This document shows, in pieces, positions 20,657 to 28,529 of a DNA stretch of 64,000 nucleotides. Below the pieces are notes generated by a model. That model had not been told where the DNA came from. It saw nothing but the letters and a program-made list of their open reading frames with translations, and ran no database searches. How positions within the stretch are numbered: position 1 is the stretch's first letter; each line of letters opens with the position of its first letter. Position numbers and translations under genes: made by a program. The stretch is from Candidatus Xenobia bacterium. GTDB lineage: Bacteria > Vulcanimicrobiota > Xenobia > Xenobiales > QWHO01. The stretch is taken from contig BTUM01000001.1 in assembly GCA_045863235.1 (NCBI GenBank), positions 128,001 to 192,000 of the forward strand, written 5' to 3'.

Positions 20657-23602
20657 ATGGATGCAGGGATCCCGGCTCCCAACGTGCAGATGCCCCAGCA
20701 GGTCTCGGGCCAGTTCGACCAGGCCGAGTCCAAGCTGCAGAAGGCGAGGAAGAATCGCAAGGCTCGCAAGAAGATCAAGCAGGAGCACTTCGATTCCATC
20801 CGCGGCGGGAAGGCCCAGTCGGTGCCGGCTGCCAACAAGGCCGTTGGTGAGCAGCGCGGGGCCCACGATACGTTCAGCAAGACCCCGGAAGCCCAGCAAG
20901 CGATGAAGGGTGGGGGCAACTGGAAGGCCGACATGGGCAAGTCGGTGGCGGGCGGCACCGCCAGCGCGGCTGCCGGAGGCGGGGCCTACGCGGCGCCCAG
21001 CATCCCCACCGGCGGGGGCATCGGCAACGTCGCTTCGATGACCGACGCGGACTCCTTGATGGGGGCCCTGACGGGGGCTCAGGGGAACCAGGGTCAGCTG
21101 CAGCAGGCGCTGCAGCGCATCGGTGAGGACCATAAGGGTCAGGTGGACTTCAACCAGAAGACGAACCAGGCCATGCAGGGCTTTGCCAAGGCCGAGCAGG
21201 CTTTCGGCGTGAAGGAGAAGCTGTTTAAGGTCCAGGAAGGCATGTTCAAAGGCATTGCCAAGACCTTGCAGATGGTCGGGAAGGCCCTCAACATGGCCGC
21301 CCAGGCCCTGGAGACGGCCGCCCAGGCGGTGGATGCAGCCGCCCAGGCCGTGGCCGCCATCCCGTTCGTTGGTCCTGCCCTGTCAGCCGTCCTGAAGGCC
21401 GTGGCCATGATGCTGCGCGGCATCGGCAAGATGCTCAAGGGCATCGCCCAGATGATGGAAAAGATGGGCCAGAAGATGGACCAGCTGGGCCAGCAGATGG
21501 CTCAGAAGGCCGAGCAGATGAAGGCCAGCAAGCTGGCTCAGCAGGCCAAGAAGATGGCCGAGAAGGCCAAGCTCGATGAAGGCATGCGCCGCCTGCAGCA
21601 GATTGGCGATGCCCGCTCCAAAGTTTCGGGAGCCCTGCAGACCAACGTCAGTGATCAGGTCAACATCGTACAGCGGCTCAACGAGCTCGGCCGCAAGGCC
21701 CAGGTGGGCGCGGGTCAGGGCAACCAGATGCAGAACCAGGCCATGAACCAGGCGATGATGGCCGCCATGCAGGCTCAGCAGATGCAGCAGATGCAGAAGA
21801 TGGGCCAGATGGTGCAGGGAGCCAATGCCGCTCCGGGCCAGGTGGCCAATCAGGGTCGCGGGGCCAACTTGCTGCCCGCCGTGGGAGCCGGTGTCGTGGC
21901 AGCAGGCACGGTGGCCGCGCTCAATTCGGGCGCCTTCACCGGTGGCGGTGGTGGCGGCGGCAATTTCGGCGGTGGCGGTCAGCAGCAGGCATTCTTCAGC
22001 GCTCCCACGCCTCGGGCTGAGGTCGGGGGCGGCTCGCCCGGCGGAGCCGGGACGGCTATGCCGGTCAGCTTCAGCGGCGGAGGCGGCGGAGGCGGCGTGA
22101 CTGCCGGCGGCGGCGGTGGCGGCGGCATCACGGCTGGCGGTGGCGGCGTCACGGCTGGCGGCGGTGGCGGTGGTCGCGGTGGCAACGTGAGCACCGGCCC
22201 GGTGGGCGGTGGCGGCGATGCCGGTGGAGCCGTGGATGTTCCCAGCGTGGATATGAACGTCAGCGTGCCTGATGTGCCGTCGCTGCCTTCGGTGCCCACT
22301 CTGGAAGCGCCGCAGGCCGTTCCGGCGGCTCCGGCGCCCGAGATCCAGATGGCCTCGCTGGCAGCTCCCGCGCCGGCGCCTCAGGCTGAGGCTGCCCCGG
22401 TGGCCGACCAGGGACGCAACCAGGATGCCGGCAACGCCGGGACGGCGGGCAAGGCTGCCGGCGATGGGACTGGCAACGCCGGGACGGCTGGCAAGGCTGC
22501 CGGCGAGGGTGGCGATGGCAAGCCCGCTGCCACGGCGGCTGGCGAGCGGCAGGGTGAGACCCGCGCTCAAGGCCAGGGGGATGAGAAGAAGCCCGGCGAG
22601 GGCGAGAAGAAGCCTGGAGAGGGCCAGCGAGCCGAGGATCGCGACAAGAAGGCCGAGGATCGCGACAAGAAGGCCGAGGATCGCGACAAGAAGGCCGAGG
22701 ACAAGGACAAGAAGGCCGAGGACAAGGACAAGAAGGCTGAGGACAAGGACAAGAAGGCCGGAGACAAGGACAAGAAGGCCGAGGAGGACAAGAAGAAGGC
22801 TCAGGAGCGCCGCAATCAGCAGGCCCAGCAGCAGCGCAAGAACCAGGCCAACAACGCCAACAACCGCCAGCAGCAGCAGGCCAACCCCAACCAGGGCAAG
22901 TCGGGTCAGGGTGGAGCCAGCGAGGTGCGCCTGGCGGCCGAAGACCAGCTGCGCTCGCTGTCCGACGAAGTTTTCGCTCTGCGGGGCGACGATCCGGGCC
23001 AGCCGACCTCCACGGGTGGACGGCGGGGCGGCGGTGTCGGCGGCGGACTGACCCTGGGAGGCGGATTGGCAGCGGCAGCGCCCGCCCTGGGCGCTACCGG
23101 AGCCCCCAATGTGGGCGCCACACCCGGCGTTCCGATGGCCCCAGCGCCCGGACTGCCTCCCGTGGGAGCGATGGCCGACGCCGGCCAGGACAAGAAGAAG
23201 GAAGGCGGCAAGCAGCTCACTCCCGAGCAGCAAGCCCAGCTTGCCAGCCGCCAGCAGGCTCTGGCCTCGGCCTACACCGATATCGCCGCACGCGGCGTCG
23301 AGATCGAAGGTGGCGTCGAGGGCCGGGCCATGGCCGCCCTGACGGGCAGCTCCTACCAGCCCAACGCGCGCATCAAGATCGCCAAGGATGAAGGCGGCGG
23401 ACCAGGCGAGGGAGCTGGTGGACCAGGTGGCAAGGGCGCCCAGGGTCAGGACGGGATGATGGCCAAACTCCAGCAGCAGCAGATGGGTCTGCCCGGCCAG
23501 GAGGGCGGCCTGCCCGGACAGGGCGGCATGCTGGCTGATGCAGGAGGCGCCTCCATGCCCGGCAACGAATTGCCGCCTCAGCCCATCGACACCGTGGCCT
23601 GA
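20657..23602 (+). CDS. Large low-complexity hypothetical protein (Q/M/A coiled coil, Gly-rich and KAED repeats)
   Basis: 981-aa ORF with strong GC3 bias and a TGAGG RBS-like site upstream. Confidence 0.8.
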   Translation: MDAGIPAPNVQMPQQVSGQFDQAESKLQKARKNRKARKKIKQEHFDSIRGGKAQSVPAANKAVGEQRGAHDTFSKTPEAQQAMKGGGNWKADMGKSVAGGTASAAAGGGAYAAPSIPTGGGIGNVASMTDADSLMGALTGAQGNQGQLQQALQRIGEDHKGQVDFNQKTNQAMQGFAKAEQAFGVKEKLFKVQEGMFKGIAKTLQMVGKALNMAAQALETAAQAVDAAAQAVAAIPFVGPALSAVLKAVAMMLRGIGKMLKGIAQMMEKMGQKMDQLGQQMAQKAEQMKASKLAQQAKKMAEKAKLDEGMRRLQQIGDARSKVSGALQTNVSDQVNIVQRLNELGRKAQVGAGQGNQMQNQAMNQAMMAAMQAQQMQQMQKMGQMVQGANAAPGQVANQGRGANLLPAVGAGVVAAGTVAALNSGAFTGGGGGGGNFGGGGQQQAFFSAPTPRAEVGGGSPGGAGTAMPVSFSGGGGGGGVTAGGGGGGGITAGGGGVTAGGGGGGRGGNVSTGPVGGGGDAGGAVDVPSVDMNVSVPDVPSLPSVPTLEAPQAVPAAPAPEIQMASLAAPAPAPQAEAAPVADQGRNQDAGNAGTAGKAAGDGTGNAGTAGKAAGEGGDGKPAATAAGERQGETRAQGQGDEKKPGEGEKKPGEGQRAEDRDKKAEDRDKKAEDRDKKAEDKDKKAEDKDKKAEDKDKKAGDKDKKAEEDKKKAQERRNQQAQQQRKNQANNANNRQQQQANPNQGKSGQGGASEVRLAAEDQLRSLSDEVFALRGDDPGQPTSTGGRRGGGVGGGLTLGGGLAAAAPALGATGAPNVGATPGVPMAPAPGLPPVGAMADAGQDKKKEGGKQLTPEQQAQLASRQQALASAYTDIAARGVEIEGGVEGRAMAALTGSSYQPNARIKIAKDEGGGPGEGAGGPGGKGAQGQDGMMAKLQQQQMGLPGQEGGLPGQGGMLADAGGASMPGNELPPQPIDTVA
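22631..22798 (+). repeat. 21-bp in-frame tandem repeat x8 (AEDRDKK/AEDKDKK)
   Basis: GCCGAGGATCGCGACAAGAAG x3, then five variants of GCCGAGGACAAGGACAAGAAG. Confidence 0.9.
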
Positions 23603-23649
23603 TCTCGGGCCCGCTGGCTACGGCGGGCACTTGAGGAGGAGGCGCGTCC

Positions 23650-24291
23650 GTGTCGGTCGAGAGCGAAGAGCAGCCGGTCGAAGAGCCGATCCATCCAGAC
23701 TTCCAGGCACCGATTCGCCTCTTGCGAGATGCCAGCGCCGGGCTGCTTGATCGTCGCTCTCCTATCTCCAAGGAGCGGGTGGAGGGTCTGTACCGACATC
23801 TGGCGGGAGCTGTCGGCCAGATTCTCGAGAGCGCCCGCAAGCAGCTCAACGAGGGCCTGGATCAGTTTCGGGAGGCCAATCCCGAGGCTGTGGGCGAAGA
23901 GTTCGAGCAGGTGCTGGAGATCTTCCGCGAGGGTCAGGAGCGCATCGACGATGGCATGCGCTTGATGGCCCAGACCTTCTTCGCCTCCACCGACCTGGCC
24001 AGCCTGGAAGCGAATGCCGGGGCCTTGAGCCTGGCCGAGAGCCACATCCAGGACGGCCTGGACCGGATGGAGTCGGCCCTGGCCCTGACCGAGGACCCCA
24101 CCATTCTGGGCCAGCCCGGCCCGGTGACCGCGGCCGAGGTGCCCACCGCATTGGACTCGCTGGGCAACTGCCTCGATCAGCTCACCGTCTATCTCGAGAA
24201 AGGCCAGCGCGAGCAACTCGAGGAGGCCATGGTCCACCTCGATCAGGCCCGGGGGCTGCTGCTGCGGGCGCTGGCCCAGAGCGAGGGCTGA
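23650..24291 (+). CDS. Hypothetical acidic alpha-helical protein
   Basis: 213-aa ORF with a GAGGAGGAGG RBS before the GTG. Confidence 0.75.
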   Translation: MSVESEEQPVEEPIHPDFQAPIRLLRDASAGLLDRRSPISKERVEGLYRHLAGAVGQILESARKQLNEGLDQFREANPEAVGEEFEQVLEIFREGQERIDDGMRLMAQTFFASTDLASLEANAGALSLAESHIQDGLDRMESALALTEDPTILGQPGPVTAAEVPTALDSLGNCLDQLTVYLEKGQREQLEEAMVHLDQARGLLLRALAQSEG

Positions 24292-24387
24292 GCCGTCGGG
24301 CGTTTAGCCCCTTTCCGCTCGCTCAGCTTCGGACCTCGTGGCTGGTGCATCCAGACCTGGCTCTCACGCTCATTGCCACACTGTGCG

Positions 24388-24465
24388 GTGGTACCGGGAA
24401 ATTCCCCGGTACCGGGCTGCTACCGGGGTATACGCCGGAATGAGGGCGGTACCGGGGAATTTCCG
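24388..24465. repeat. Cluster of GGTACCGGG palindromic/inverted repeats
   Basis: GTACCGGGAAATTCCCCGGTAC at 24391-24412, TACCGGGG at 24421, and GGTACCGGGGAATTTCCG at 24448-24465 (near reverse complement of the first). Confidence 0.7.
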
Positions 24466-24796
24466 CGTAATCGAGGCCCCAGGTGGACGAAAAGCCCAGC
24501 ATCAGCGCTGAGATGCACCTGGGCTGGGGTCGGTTGTTCCAATCTCACAAGTCCTGCTGCGGTTGGGCGTCAGCCCGACCTCCCATCAGTCGCTCGAGCA
24601 GTGCGCGGACCTGTCTGCGCGGCTCGCTCAGCTCGTCTTCCACCTCCCGGCGCAACGCTTCGATGGCAGGCGAAAGCGAGGCGTTGGCGTTGTGGGCCTG
24701 CCAGAGCTGAATCGGTTCTGCTTCCTTCATTCCCTCAGCATAGCGAATCCAGTTTGGACGAATGCTTGGACGCGTTCCCCGCATTGTGAACAAGGC

Positions 24797-24824
24797 TTGA
24801 CACCGCAGGGCCGTCTGCTATAAT
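24797..24824 (+). promoter_or_regulatory. Consensus sigma70 promoter of the tRNA operon
   Basis: TTGACA (24797-24802), 16-bp spacer, TATAAT (24819-24824) with an extended TG; 13 bp before tRNA-Val. Confidence 0.9.
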
Positions 24825-24837
24825 CATCCCTGTCCTC

Positions 24838-24912
24838 GGGCGGATAGCTCAACGGCAGAGCACCTGCGTCACATGCAGGGGGTTGGAGGTTCAAATCCTC
24901 TTCCGCCCACCA
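24838..24912 (+). tRNA. tRNA-Val (CAC)
   Basis: Cloverleaf with anticodon arm CCTGC-GTCACAT-GCAGG, GGTTCAAATCC T-arm and encoded CCA. Confidence 0.95.
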
Positions 24913-24930
24913 GACGGTAAGACATAGCAC

Positions 24931-25007
24931 GGGGGCGTGGCCTAGCGGTTCAAGGCGCCGGCCTGTCACGTCGGAGATCGCGGGTTCAAATCCCGTCGCT
25001 CCCGCCA
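24931..25007 (+). tRNA. tRNA-Asp (GTC)
   Basis: Anticodon arm CCGGC-CTGTCAC-GTCGG, GGTTCAAATCC T-arm and CCA end. Confidence 0.95.
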
Positions 25008-25089
25008 AGCTAGGGGGGGAAAGCCGGGAAACTCTGGTTCGCAGGGTTTCCCGGTTTGCCGTCAGGTGAGGGTTCAACCCCTCCCAGAC

Positions 25090-25165
25090 GCCGAGGTAGC
25101 TCAGTTGGTAGAGCATGCGACTGAAAATCGCAGTGTCGCCAGTTCAATTCTGGCCCTCGGCACCA
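25090..25165 (+). tRNA. tRNA-Phe (GAA); probable prophage integration target
   Basis: GCCGAGG acceptor, TGCGA-CTGAAAA-TCGCA anticodon arm, GTTCAATTC and CCA end. Confidence 0.95.
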
Positions 25166-25170
25166 ACGAT

Positions 25171-25200
25171 AAGCCCGCTCCAGAGCGGGCTTTCGTATTT
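25171..25200 (+). terminator. Intrinsic terminator after tRNA-Phe
   Basis: AAGCCCGCTC-CA-GAGCGGGCTT followed by TCGTATTT. Confidence 0.75.
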
Positions 25201-25293
25201 GTCGGGCAAAGTCCGAACTTGAATGGCTTGTCCACTTTTCGGGGGTTGGTGGCGGTTGTTATTACCACGAAATTACCACCCCCAGCATGCCGG

Positions 25294-25327
25294 CACTGGG
25301 GGGCGACAAGCACTGGGGGGCGACAAG
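25294..25327. repeat. Perfect 17-bp tandem duplication CACTGGGGGGCGACAAG x2
   Basis: Copies at 25294-25310 and 25311-25327; ATTACCAC x2 nearby at 25261 and 25272. Confidence 0.85.
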
Positions 25328-25337
25328 ACCATGGACT

Positions 25338-25382
25338 TTTACGCCTAAAGGCATTGACAAATTAAGCCTGTAGGCGTAAATT
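25338..25382 (+). promoter_or_regulatory. hicA promoter with overlapping inverted-repeat operator
   Basis: TTGACA (25354), 17 bp, TAAATT (25377); flanked by TTTACGCCTAAAGGC (25338-52) and GCCTGTAGGCGTAAA (25366-80), a 14/15 inverted match. Confidence 0.75.
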
Positions 25383-25388
25383 AGAAGC

Positions 25389-25571
25389 ATGAAGCGCACC
25401 GAGTTCACCCGCAAAATGAGGCAGGCTGGTTGGTCGGTGGTGCGCCAGGGTGGCTCGCACGAGATCTGGGGGAAGAAGAGCTTCCGGTTCGCCGTGCCGC
25501 GCCACAACGAGATCAAGGATGGCATCGTCCGGGACTGGGAGAAAGTGAACGAGGAGGCCGACAAGTCGTGA
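25389..25571 (+). CDS. hicA: HicA-family toxin (mRNA interferase)
   Basis: 60 aa; AGWSVVRQGGSHEIW...VPRHNEIKDG with the catalytic GSH motif. Confidence 0.9.
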   Translation: MKRTEFTRKMRQAGWSVVRQGGSHEIWGKKSFRFAVPRHNEIKDGIVRDWEKVNEEADKS

Positions 25572-25759
25572 TGACCCTGACCAACCTGCGGTGGGAAGCC
25601 ACCTGGAGCTCCTACGGAGATCTCCGGTATCTCGACGGAGCCACCCCAGACCAGCGGGAAGGCGTCCAGCAGGTAAGCGGTCTTGCCGGCCACCATGTCG
25701 ACGACCGGACTGACCTCGGGCTCCCGGTCGGGCCCGGAACCAAGGCACTGGAGGAGTGA
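25571..25759 (+). CDS. 62-aa hypothetical protein between hicA and hicB
   Basis: ATG overlaps the hicA stop (TGATG); its stop abuts the hicB start. Confidence 0.55.
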   Translation: MTLTNLRWEATWSSYGDLRYLDGATPDQREGVQQVSGLAGHHVDDRTDLGLPVGPGTKALEE

Positions 25760-25764
25760 GGAAA

Positions 25765-26205
25765 ATGAGGCTGCGATACAGAGCTCGGTTTTACCAGGAG
25801 GATGGCTGGTGGTTAGTCCAGATCCCCGACGTCGGGGGCGCCGGCCTAGCGACTCAGGGCGAGACGCTGGAGGAAGCCCGAGAGAACGCGGTGGACGCAG
25901 TGACCCAGGTCCTGCTGTCTCGCGTAGACGAGGGCGCCGAGCCGGATCCTCCCACTCGCGGCCGGCTCGAGGCCGGCTGGGAATGGGTTTATCCCGAGCT
26001 CCGAGTCGAGACCGCCATTGAGATCCGCCAGATGCGCAAGGCTGCAGGGCTGACCATGGCCTCGGCGGCGGGGCGGATCGGCGTGTCGCTCGGAACGTAC
26101 CAGAAGTGGGAGGACCCCGAGCGCTGCAACGCCACGCTCGAGACCCTGGACAAGCTTGCCAGGGCCTTCGGTCGCCACGCCGAGGTCATGTTCGTCAAGA
26201 CGTAG
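25765..26205 (+). CDS. hicB: HicB-family antitoxin with C-terminal XRE HTH
   Basis: EDGWWLVQIPDV...TQGETLEEARENAVDA, then IRQMRKAAGLT...IGVSLGTYQKWE. Confidence 0.9.
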   Translation: MRLRYRARFYQEDGWWLVQIPDVGGAGLATQGETLEEARENAVDAVTQVLLSRVDEGAEPDPPTRGRLEAGWEWVYPELRVETAIEIRQMRKAAGLTMASAAGRIGVSLGTYQKWEDPERCNATLETLDKLARAFGRHAEVMFVKT

Positions 26206-26229
26206 ACGCAGGCAATGACCGTTGAAACA

Positions 26230-26265
26230 GAAAAAGCCCCCCGAGCCCGAAGGCCCGGGGGGCGC
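26230..26265 (-). terminator. Intrinsic terminator of the phage late operon (convergent with hicB)
   Basis: Minus strand reads GCCCCCCGGGCC-TTCG-GGCTCGGGGGGC-TTTTTC. Confidence 0.8.
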
Positions 26266-26286
26266 TGCAACCTGACCCTGCCCGGG

Positions 26287-26640
26287 TCAGAACCCTATCG
26301 CGTGTCGGCCGGCGGCCAGGAGGGCGCCGACCACCTCCATCCTGGTAACCTGTCCGTCGGCGGCGGCCGCTCGGAGCTGAGTGGCCAGCTCGAGCACAGC
26401 CTGGCGGATGGGACCCGGGACGGCCTGCAGAGCCGGCAGCTCGCCGGCGACCTCGAGGAGCTCGTCCGCGTCAACGCCACCCTCAAGTGCCGAGAGGAGA
26501 GGCACCAGCTCGCTGGCCACCAGCCCGAGCTGCTCGAGCTGGGCGGCGACCTGGTCGGGAGGGAGCTCGCCGGCGTCTACATGGAGCACGACCCCGTCCG
26601 ACTGGACGGTGTAACCGCGGCTGTGGAGGATGGTCTGCAT
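26287..26640 (-). CDS. Hypothetical phage protein (end of lysis module)
   Basis: 117-aa ORF with an AAAGGAG RBS. Confidence 0.7.
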   Translation of the reverse strand: MQTILHSRGYTVQSDGVVLHVDAGELPPDQVAAQLEQLGLVASELVPLLSALEGGVDADELLEVAGELPALQAVPGPIRQAVLELATQLRAAAADGQVTRMEVVGALLAAGRHAIGF

Positions 26641-26652
26641 GGGGGGCTCCTT

Positions 26653-26736
26653 TCAGGGGAGGAAGTCTCGGGTCAGCCATCCGACCAGGAACCCGATCAG
26701 GAAGGTGGCGCCGAGCAGCTCGGCGAGCCGTCTCAC
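26653..26736 (-). CDS. 27-aa single-TM micropeptide (MRRLAELLGATFLIGFLVGWLTRDFLP)
   Basis: Manual translation. GTG overlaps the endolysin TGA and the ORF fills the gap to the next RBS. Below the ORF-track size cutoff. Confidence 0.6.
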   Translation of the reverse strand: MRRLAELLGATFLIGFLVGWLTRDFLP

Positions 26737-27467
26737 CGAAAGACGATGTCCAGCTTGATGGCCGGGGGCTTCCCGGGCACCGCGTGGAGCTCGAGGTCCA
26801 CGTCCACCAGGTCGACGGCCTTCCCGGCGATCAACAGCGTCTGGCCGCCGGCGTGCTGGAAGAACTTGAGACCAGGGCCAGCCAGCTCGACGGACATGGC
26901 CCCGTCCCCGAGCACCTTCAGGTCGGCTTGGAACTGCTCAAACTGCTGGACCTGACCGTCCATTCGGAGGGAGGCTCTACCGCTGTGCGCCTCGAGGCGG
27001 GCTCGGCGCAGCTCTTGGCCGGCGTTGCCCCGGCCGTCATTGCCGACCGGCCTCCCCGGGGCAACGCTTGAAGTCGGGAGCAGGCGCACCCCGATCTCAA
27101 AGTGATCGCGCCAGTAACCGCTGAGCAACCAGGCCTTCTCGACGTTGCGGTCGGCCGTCGGTCGGTGCACGAACCAGCCCTCGCCCACGTAGAGCCCGAT
27201 GTGTGTGCTGGTGGCGTCGAGGTAAGTGTGGCCGAAGATGACGACGTCGCCGGCTTCCAGGTCCTTCATTCCGACCAGGTCGCCCATGGGCTGACCGTTG
27301 TCCACCCCAGAGTAGTCCGGCACCCAGGTTGAGGGGCGCCATCGCGGCGAGCTGAAGCCGGCTGAGAGCAGAACAGCCGACACCCAGGCTGCGCACTGCG
27401 CCGACTGGCCAGGGTTGAAGGGCCGGTCCACCCAGCCCAGCGCCTTGCCCACGATGAGGTCCCTCAT
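26733..27467 (-). CDS. NlpC/P60 (CHAP-like) endolysin
   Basis: QCAAWVSAV (catalytic Cys) and LEAGDVVIF...THIGLYVGEGWFVH (His). Confidence 0.8.
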   Translation of the reverse strand: MRDLIVGKALGWVDRPFNPGQSAQCAAWVSAVLLSAGFSSPRWRPSTWVPDYSGVDNGQPMGDLVGMKDLEAGDVVIFGHTYLDATSTHIGLYVGEGWFVHRPTADRNVEKAWLLSGYWRDHFEIGVRLLPTSSVAPGRPVGNDGRGNAGQELRRARLEAHSGRASLRMDGQVQQFEQFQADLKVLGDGAMSVELAGPGLKFFQHAGGQTLLIAGKAVDLVDVDLELHAVPGKPPAIKLDIVFR

Positions 27468-27907
27468 GGCTGCACCTCCGTACATACTGAGGGGCCCTCG
27501 TCGGGCCCCTCGTTGATCCTGACCAGCTGGAGCTCGGCCTCGAGCCGCTTGACACGGGCTCGCTCCTCGGCGAGCTCTGCCTCGAGCCTCTTGTATCCCG
27601 CATAGGCACTGTCGCGCTCACCTTCAAGGACAGTCACCTTGTGGGCAAGGCGCGCGATTCGGAGGCGCAGGCGAATCTCAAGCCGATTACGCTCCTCCTC
27701 GGCTGTGCGGAGCAGATCTTCCATCCTGCGGAGCTCCTGCTCGAGCCGCTGGACTCGCTCAGCCAGGATGGCCTGGGCGGTCCGGTCGTCCTCCTGCTCG
27801 GCCTGGTGCTGCCGAGCGTCTCGCTCGCGCAGCCAGTCGGCTATCTTGGCCCCAAGCCCGCCACCGCCTAAGGCGGACAACAGGTAGCCCGCGATGCTCC
27901 AGTCCAT
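27464..27907 (-). CDS. Membrane-anchored coiled-coil lysis-module protein (holin-like position)
   Basis: N-terminal hydrophobic IAGYLLSALGGGGLGA, then coiled coil; overlaps the endolysin start. Confidence 0.6.
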   Translation of the reverse strand: MDWSIAGYLLSALGGGGLGAKIADWLRERDARQHQAEQEDDRTAQAILAERVQRLEQELRRMEDLLRTAEEERNRLEIRLRLRIARLAHKVTVLEGERDSAYAGYKRLEAELAEERARVKRLEAELQLVRINEGPDEGPSVCTEVQP

Positions 27908-27961
27908 TCGGCTACAGCTCCTTTCCGTGGATGCCAGGAGAGTCCCGTTGGCCTCGACCGG

Positions 27962-28252
27962 TCAGAATTTCCAGCTCGGCAGTTCCCCGCCCGCTGCTTC
28001 AACTGCTTTCACCAGCTCGTCCCGCTGCTGGCGGGCTTGCACCAGGGCGCGAGTGAGTTGCTCGTGCCGGGCGGCAACAGCGTCCCGCTCGCTGGCCAGC
28101 ACGCCCTCGCGAGCGAGGTGCTCGAGCAGGGCGCGCTCGGCGGCCTGGGCCTTCTCCTGAGTAGCTTCCATGGCCTCGGTCATTTCCTGAGTAGCTTCCA
28201 TGGCCTCGGTCATTTCCTGTAGAATGTCGTCCTTCAGCTTTCTTGCGTTCAC
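27962..28252 (-). CDS. Hypothetical coiled-coil phage protein with a 10-aa duplication
   Basis: GTG 28252 with a GAGGAGG RBS; QEMTEAMEAT x2. Confidence 0.65.
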   Translation of the reverse strand: MNARKLKDDILQEMTEAMEATQEMTEAMEATQEKAQAAERALLEHLAREGVLASERDAVAARHEQLTRALVQARQQRDELVKAVEAAGGELPSWKF

Positions 28253-28521
28253 GGGGTCACCTCCTCGGGGATCGTTTCCCATTCTGCTTTTGTGACACCA
28301 GCTTCCACAGCCGCTTTCCGCACCCCGCGCAGTTCGGCCAGCCGCTCGGCCTTGCGGTCGGCGCGGAACTCCTGGAGAATCTGTAGCACCCGCGCATCGC
28401 TCACCCCGGCAGTCGTCAACCGAGCATAGAGCCACTCTACGCCGCCTGTCCGCAGCATCTGGTTACCAGCCCACTGCACGGGGGCTCGATTCTGGTCTAT
28501 TTGCTCTGGGGTCAGGGGCAT
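28249..28521 (-). CDS. Hypothetical protein downstream of the tail fibre (possible fibre chaperone)
   Basis: ATG 28521 with an AGGAGG RBS; function inferred from position. Confidence 0.65.
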   Translation of the reverse strand: MPLTPEQIDQNRAPVQWAGNQMLRTGGVEWLYARLTTAGVSDARVLQILQEFRADRKAERLAELRGVRKAAVEAGVTKAEWETIPEEVTP

Positions 28522-28529
28522 GGTTCCTC

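Noticed and set aside
22631..22798. Tandem repeats as a CRISPR array
   Set aside because: Contiguous in-frame 21-bp coding repeats with no unique spacers; no cas genes in the window.
21383..23233. Long antisense ORFs (e.g. 21383-23233, 28563-30287, 10403-11422, 61930-63315)
   Set aside because: Shadow ORFs opposite well-supported genes in GC-rich DNA, with no recognisable motifs.
24545..24730. Small minus-strand ORF (MKEAEPIQLW...) upstream of the tRNA promoter
   Set aside because: It has a possible RBS but is only 61 aa with no motif; too little support to call.
25021..25057. Hairpin between tRNA-Asp and tRNA-Phe as a separate ncRNA
   Set aside because: A simple spacer stem-loop within a tRNA operon, with no cloverleaf or family features.
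24727..25365. ORFs overlapping the tRNA cluster
   Set aside because: Spurious translations of tRNA genes.
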